64,000 nucleotides of DNA from positions 237,266 through 301,265 of the forward strand of contig JAKMXF010000333.1 in the NCBI GenBank assembly GCA_024704765.1, written 5' to 3'. The notes under the pieces are model-generated. The model was given only the letters and a program-made list of their open reading frames with translations, did not search any database and was not told the DNA's origin. The translations under genes were made by a program, and so were the position numbers. Shown piece by piece: positions 60,010-64,000 of this stretch; positions within the stretch are counted from its first letter, which is position 1, and the number at the start of each line of letters is the position of its first letter. This DNA comes from Oopsacas minuta. Its lineage: Eukaryota; Animalia; Porifera.

Positions 60010-60961
60010 TTAAACCTATTGAGATGGGAACTTTTGGCATTAGGTCGCAGTGATGCTACGTTACTCACAGCAGAGGGAGTTTATAAATTTTTGATGGCTC
60101 AAATGGAAAAGATTTCCTCAATTGCGTTTTCTGAAGAGTTGAAATCCGCTGTGGAACTGCGTTTTAACGCGCGAAGACAACATAATATTGTCAGTTTTCA
60201 CAGCTTCCTTCTTAACTCCACAAAACATAAATAATCAAAACATACACTTGTATCAACAGCTAGAAGATTACGGGTGAGATTATTTCCCAACGAAATCACC
60301 AGTGGTAGTTGTGAAATATTGAACACAGGAGTTGATTCTGTGGAAAACCAGCTTGAACAAGAACATTCCTACGAGATTGTTGGGGAGTTAAGGCATTCTA
60401 ATCCCAAGCAGGGAACTGGCCTCATGCTTGACAACCTTGCCTATGCTATCCGTCAATCAACGACTACAAACGTTGAGATTCCAATCCACAGGAGTGTATA
60501 TCAAACTATGAAGGATGAAATTGATTTGTTTAGAAAGACTGGAACAAAGTCTAAACACCTCAATCTACTCCTAAATGCCTTAGATTCAATACCTCCAACA
60601 AGCGTAGAATCTGAAAAAGTATTTTCTGCTACAGGTCTATTTATCACCAAGATACGATCCCGGCTAGGTGATGGTATAATGGATACATTATGTTTCCTGA
60701 AAAAGCTATTTCATGAAGTTAGATTAGATCAAACATAATACATTAGTTTAGTAAATGAATATGAGACATTCTTATATTTCAGTTATTCTTCAAAATCAAT
60801 TCGTATATTAGCATAGTATTCATACAATACAGGCATAAAGTGAGTCTAATAACAAACTGGGAAAAGTATTACTGTAAAACGGATATCCGAATATCTGAAT
60901 GAAAAACTATCCGGTGTCCGATATCCGGATATCTTTCATTGTTGGATAGTTCCAAACCCTA
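60010..60961 (+). mobile_element. Truncated hAT element: transposase C-terminal remnant plus right end
   Basis: LLNALDSIPPTSVESEKVFSATGLFITKIRSRLGDGIMDTLCFLK is a hAT dimerization-domain motif. ATATCCG/TCCGG subterminal repeats at ~60880-60933 and terminal GGATAGTTCCAAACCCTA. Left TIR and TSD not found. Confidence 0.8.
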
Positions 60962-60992
60962 CTTGCAATATAACTCGTGATCTAGTAACAGA

Positions 60993-61677
60993 ATGTCAAC
61001 ACATAAGAGCACATCTGGTTCTGCGAAGCGCAAATTGGCTGTTGCCAAAAAAGCACCTGATACTGCGATATCGCTAGCTTTGAGTAAATCGAATTTTCAA
61101 AATTTATTTGTATAATTTAGGAATTCCAACAGTTCCATCAAACATCAAAAATAGATAACAGGTCGACAGCGGCTTACCATCCTCAAAGATGGCCTTGTGG
61201 AAACCCACAATAAGATTTTGAGAAGGTAATGGTCACATTTGTACAAATGGTTGATACTATCAGGTCTTTAATACTAAGTTTATTATTATATAGAAATATT
61301 GATAAATTTCGATCCAACATGGATGTTGAACGGCCAGAATGGATATACGAGGCATGTTTAGCAGCAAACACTCATCTTAAAAATGCTATTAAGACTACCC
61401 CATTCAGACTAATGTTTGGCAGAGATTTTAATCCAGCGTACTTGTTTCAAGCAATTAATATAGAAGTCGAAGAATATAACTATTCAAATTCAAAAGATGA
61501 TGTCGTGATCGAACCTGAGACGCAAGAGAGCATTTTTGATCCATCTATTGATGCGAATGAGCGGATAGAAGATTTAGATTCCTGCAGGAAAGCGGAGTGG
61601 GAAGTTGCCCGGACAAACATTATTCATGATCAAGCAAGGCAAAAGCGAATCTTTGATGCTAGAGTCCAACTAAATAG
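60993..61677 (+). pseudogene. Intron-containing Gypsy-type integrase remnant (Ginger-like DNA transposon), cut by the Buster insertion
   Basis: STAAYHPQ[frameshift]DGLVETHNKILR|intron 61226-61293|NIDKF..W..ACLAANT..KTTPFRLMFGR is the second half of an rve integrase core. GT donor at 61678, 14 bp before the hAT TIR. Confidence 0.7.
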
Positions 61678-61872
61678 GTATTACCTTATTACAGGGGTTT
61701 TCAACCTTTTTCTGACCACGACCCACTTTCCAACTTTTTAAAGCGTTCGCGTCCCACCCGATGGAGGCATAACCAAAACGTAAATTTCAAAATGTATGTA
61801 CTTAACTCGTATATATTATTCTAATGTAAATTTACTACATCTACAATACTAATAATTATCACACATGATTAT

Positions 61873-63670
61873 TTAATGTGATTTTTGATGTTGTTTTTCA
61901 TCAACTAGCTTTTGAATTCTAGGCTGTGTTATTGCTAAGCAGCAGCGTAGATCTGGTTTGACATCAAGTCTATTTCTAGCCTTAGTTTTGATTACTAGCA
62001 TGCTAGAAAAAGCCGCTTCACACAAATAAGTTGATGGGAATGGCATGAGTAACTTCAGGGCAATTTGTGATACTATTGGATAGCTTCCAAGCATAGAACT
62101 CCAAAAAGATGGCAAATCAACTCTTGAAAATAATGTTTGTGCTCCTGAATTGTTTACAAGTTTGATGAAATCCTCCTGTGCTGCATCGTGATTATCAGGA
62201 ATGCAGTCATCTATTTTGGCCAGAAAAGGATTTCGAACAAGATTAAATTTGGATTTTGTTGTTTCTGGAAAGTATCTAGAGAATTCATCTTTAAGTGATT
62301 GCAAGTGCGTTGCAATGTCATTTTGCAAAGCTTCGCTGATACTAATTTCGCAATCTTCAACATAGCAACAGAGGTGAGAAAACATTGTAATCCTACCACT
62401 ATTTATCTTGTTTCTCCAGAGGTCAAGCATTGCTTGAAAGGCAGAAAGCTTGTCTACAAAATCCATAATATTACTATCTTTACCTTGCAATGAGAGGTTC
62501 AGAGTATTGAGTCTTTCAAAAATATCGCAAAGATAACAAAGTCTAGTAATCCATTCGTGATTTTCGAATAAATCATGCCAATGCGTCCGCTTTTGGAGTT
62601 TTAAAAATTCTGTTGTTTCTTCCTTGTGGTCTAGAACACGTTTCAAAACATTGCCCTTTGAAAGCCATCTAATTTCAGTGTGATATAACAGATTCATATA
62701 CGCAGCATCCATATCTAAACAAAGATTTCTGAAGAGACGAGTGTTGAGTGCGCTACTTTTAACGAAATTGACTATTTTAATTACCTCCTGCAAGATAACA
62801 TTTAGCGAGGCTGGCAAAGTCTTCGCTGTAAGGGCTTCTCGGTGAATCCTACAGTGATTTGTTATCACATCTGGGACAAACTGTCTAACGCGTGTCTGGA
62901 ACCCAGAAAGGTTTCCCAACATAGAAGGAGCGCCATCTGTGCAAACAGCTCCAACTTTTTTCCAATCGAGACCTTCTTTTACAAAAAAAGGTGTCTACTT
63001 TGTTGAAAACATCAATTCCATGTGTTTGAAAATCAAGTGGCTGACAAAACAGGAACTCTTCTTTGAAGTTAGAATCGTGGATATAACGTACATATATCAT
63101 CAGCTTAGCACAAGAAGAAACATCAGTTGACTCATCTAATTGCAAAACAAAGATGGGTGACTGTTTGATTTGCTCCACAACTTGGTTCTTAATATCCTCT
63201 GACATTTCTTGAATTCTGCGCTGAACAGTGTTATCTGAAATTGACAGCGAACTTAGTTTTTTTACTGCATCTGCTCCAATCATTATGCGCACAATGTCTT
63301 TCGTGCAGGGCAAAACTAGCTCTTCACCATTAGTATGGGGTTTCTTAGATTTAGAAATACGTAGTGACACAACATATGATGCTTCAACTGCGGCTCTTAT
63401 AGTGATAGCTGTCTGTCCTGTCGTATCAAGTCTAGATTTCTTGACAGATTGAGATTGTCTTTGGAAGAAAGAAACATCTCGGTCATTATATGTTGGATGT
63501 TCTTTCTCAAAATGTCTTTTAAGCTGAAACGGCTTCATAGACTCTGCAGATATTACTTTCAGACATATCACGCATTGTGGTTTTTCAATACCTTCAATTA
63601 CTATACTTGTAAATCCAAATTTCAGATAATCATCTGAGTAAGCACGCTTCGAAGCACGTTTAGTTGCCAT
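61873..63670 (-). CDS. Buster-type hAT transposase (BED finger + DDE), one +1 frameshift in a homopolymer
   Basis: BED: PQCVIC..MKPFQLKRHFEKEH; LQLDESTD; CTDGAPSM (after correction); HCRIHREAL; TEIRWLSKG; PSTYLCEAAFS. Shortening A7 at 62983-62989 to A6 fuses ORFs 62885-63670 and 61873-62922 (..TFFVKEGLDWKKVGAVCTDGA..). Confidence 0.9.
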
Positions 63671-63788
63671 TTAAGTAAAAATACGATTAGAAGGACTTGT
63701 TAAAGTTGAAACGCCTAGAAATGTATTTATATAATTCTTTGTTGTACATACAAGCCTGGACTTCATAGGTTATTTAATAGGGGTGCCT

Positions 63789-64000
63789 GCATTAGGTCGA
63801 ATTACTGTGTTGGCTTTAGGTCGAATTCCGTGTGTTGGCATTAGGTCGAATTTACTATGTATGCATTAGGTCGAATTTCGTGTGTTGGCATTAGGTCGAA
63901 ATTTATATGTATGCATTAGGTCGAATTTCGTGTGTTGGCATTAGGTCGAAATTTATATGTATGCATTAGGTCGAATTTCGTGTGTTGGCATTAGGTCGAA
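63789..64000. repeat. 25-bp-period tandem array with two alternating linkers (50-bp higher-order unit)
   Basis: Core GCATTAGGTCGAA at 63789, 63813 (GCTTT variant), 63838, 63863, 63888, 63913, 63938, 63963 and 63988. Linkers alternate between TTTCGTGTGTTG-type and ATTTATATGTAT-type. Continues off the window. Confidence 0.95.

Larger units (their letters stand above)
61692..64000 (-). mobile_element. Near-intact Buster-type (ZBED5/ZBED8/SCAND3-like) hAT transposon; other end lies beyond the window
   Basis: TIR CAGGGGTTTTCAACC at 61692, preceded by CCTTATTA (the predicted TSD). Full-length transposase and a subterminal tandem array. Confidence 0.9.

Noticed and set aside
63789-64000. CRISPR-like appearance (constant core plus spacers)
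   Set aside because: The core is only 13 bp, the ~12-bp linkers are repeated rather than unique, no cas genes are present, and the context is a eukaryotic transposon.
1-64000. rRNA, tRNA, LTR or reverse-transcriptase features
   Set aside because: No cloverleaf, rRNA-like conserved block, YxDD RT motif in a coherent ORF, or paired LTRs were seen.

Overview
AT-rich eukaryotic (animal-like) genomic DNA with short GT-AG introns, split into two sharply different halves. (1) Bases 2-35530 are one uninterrupted + strand reading frame, open from the window edge (>11,840 codons). It encodes about 95 tandem, sequence-diverged ~125-aa domains (D-x-x-x-P-x-L..F-x-LD[L/M]N-x-G..L-x-FSE-x-V...DLN-x-IK...LA...TYL...D-x-x-x-N). 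By eye the domains form a higher-order 23-domain super-repeat (11+12 halves, ~8.6 kb period), marked by periodic Cys-pair domains. The frame stops part-way through a domain. (2) Bases ~35.9-64 kb are a dense field of DNA transposons. These include a near-intact ~6.1-kb KDZ (Kyakuja-Dileera-Zisupton)-type element with a spliced transposase, a convergent spliced Ulp1-peptidase+PHD gene, mirrored 22-bp subterminal arrays and an 8-bp TSD. Also present are several hAT elements/MITEs with TSDs, maT, mariner, Tc1 and pogo-type elements, a spliced Ginger-like integrase remnant, Helitron/DINE-like repeats, and a near-intact Buster-type hAT running off the right edge. No rRNA, tRNA or CRISPR array was found. 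Family assignments come from motif recognition by eye, not database searches.
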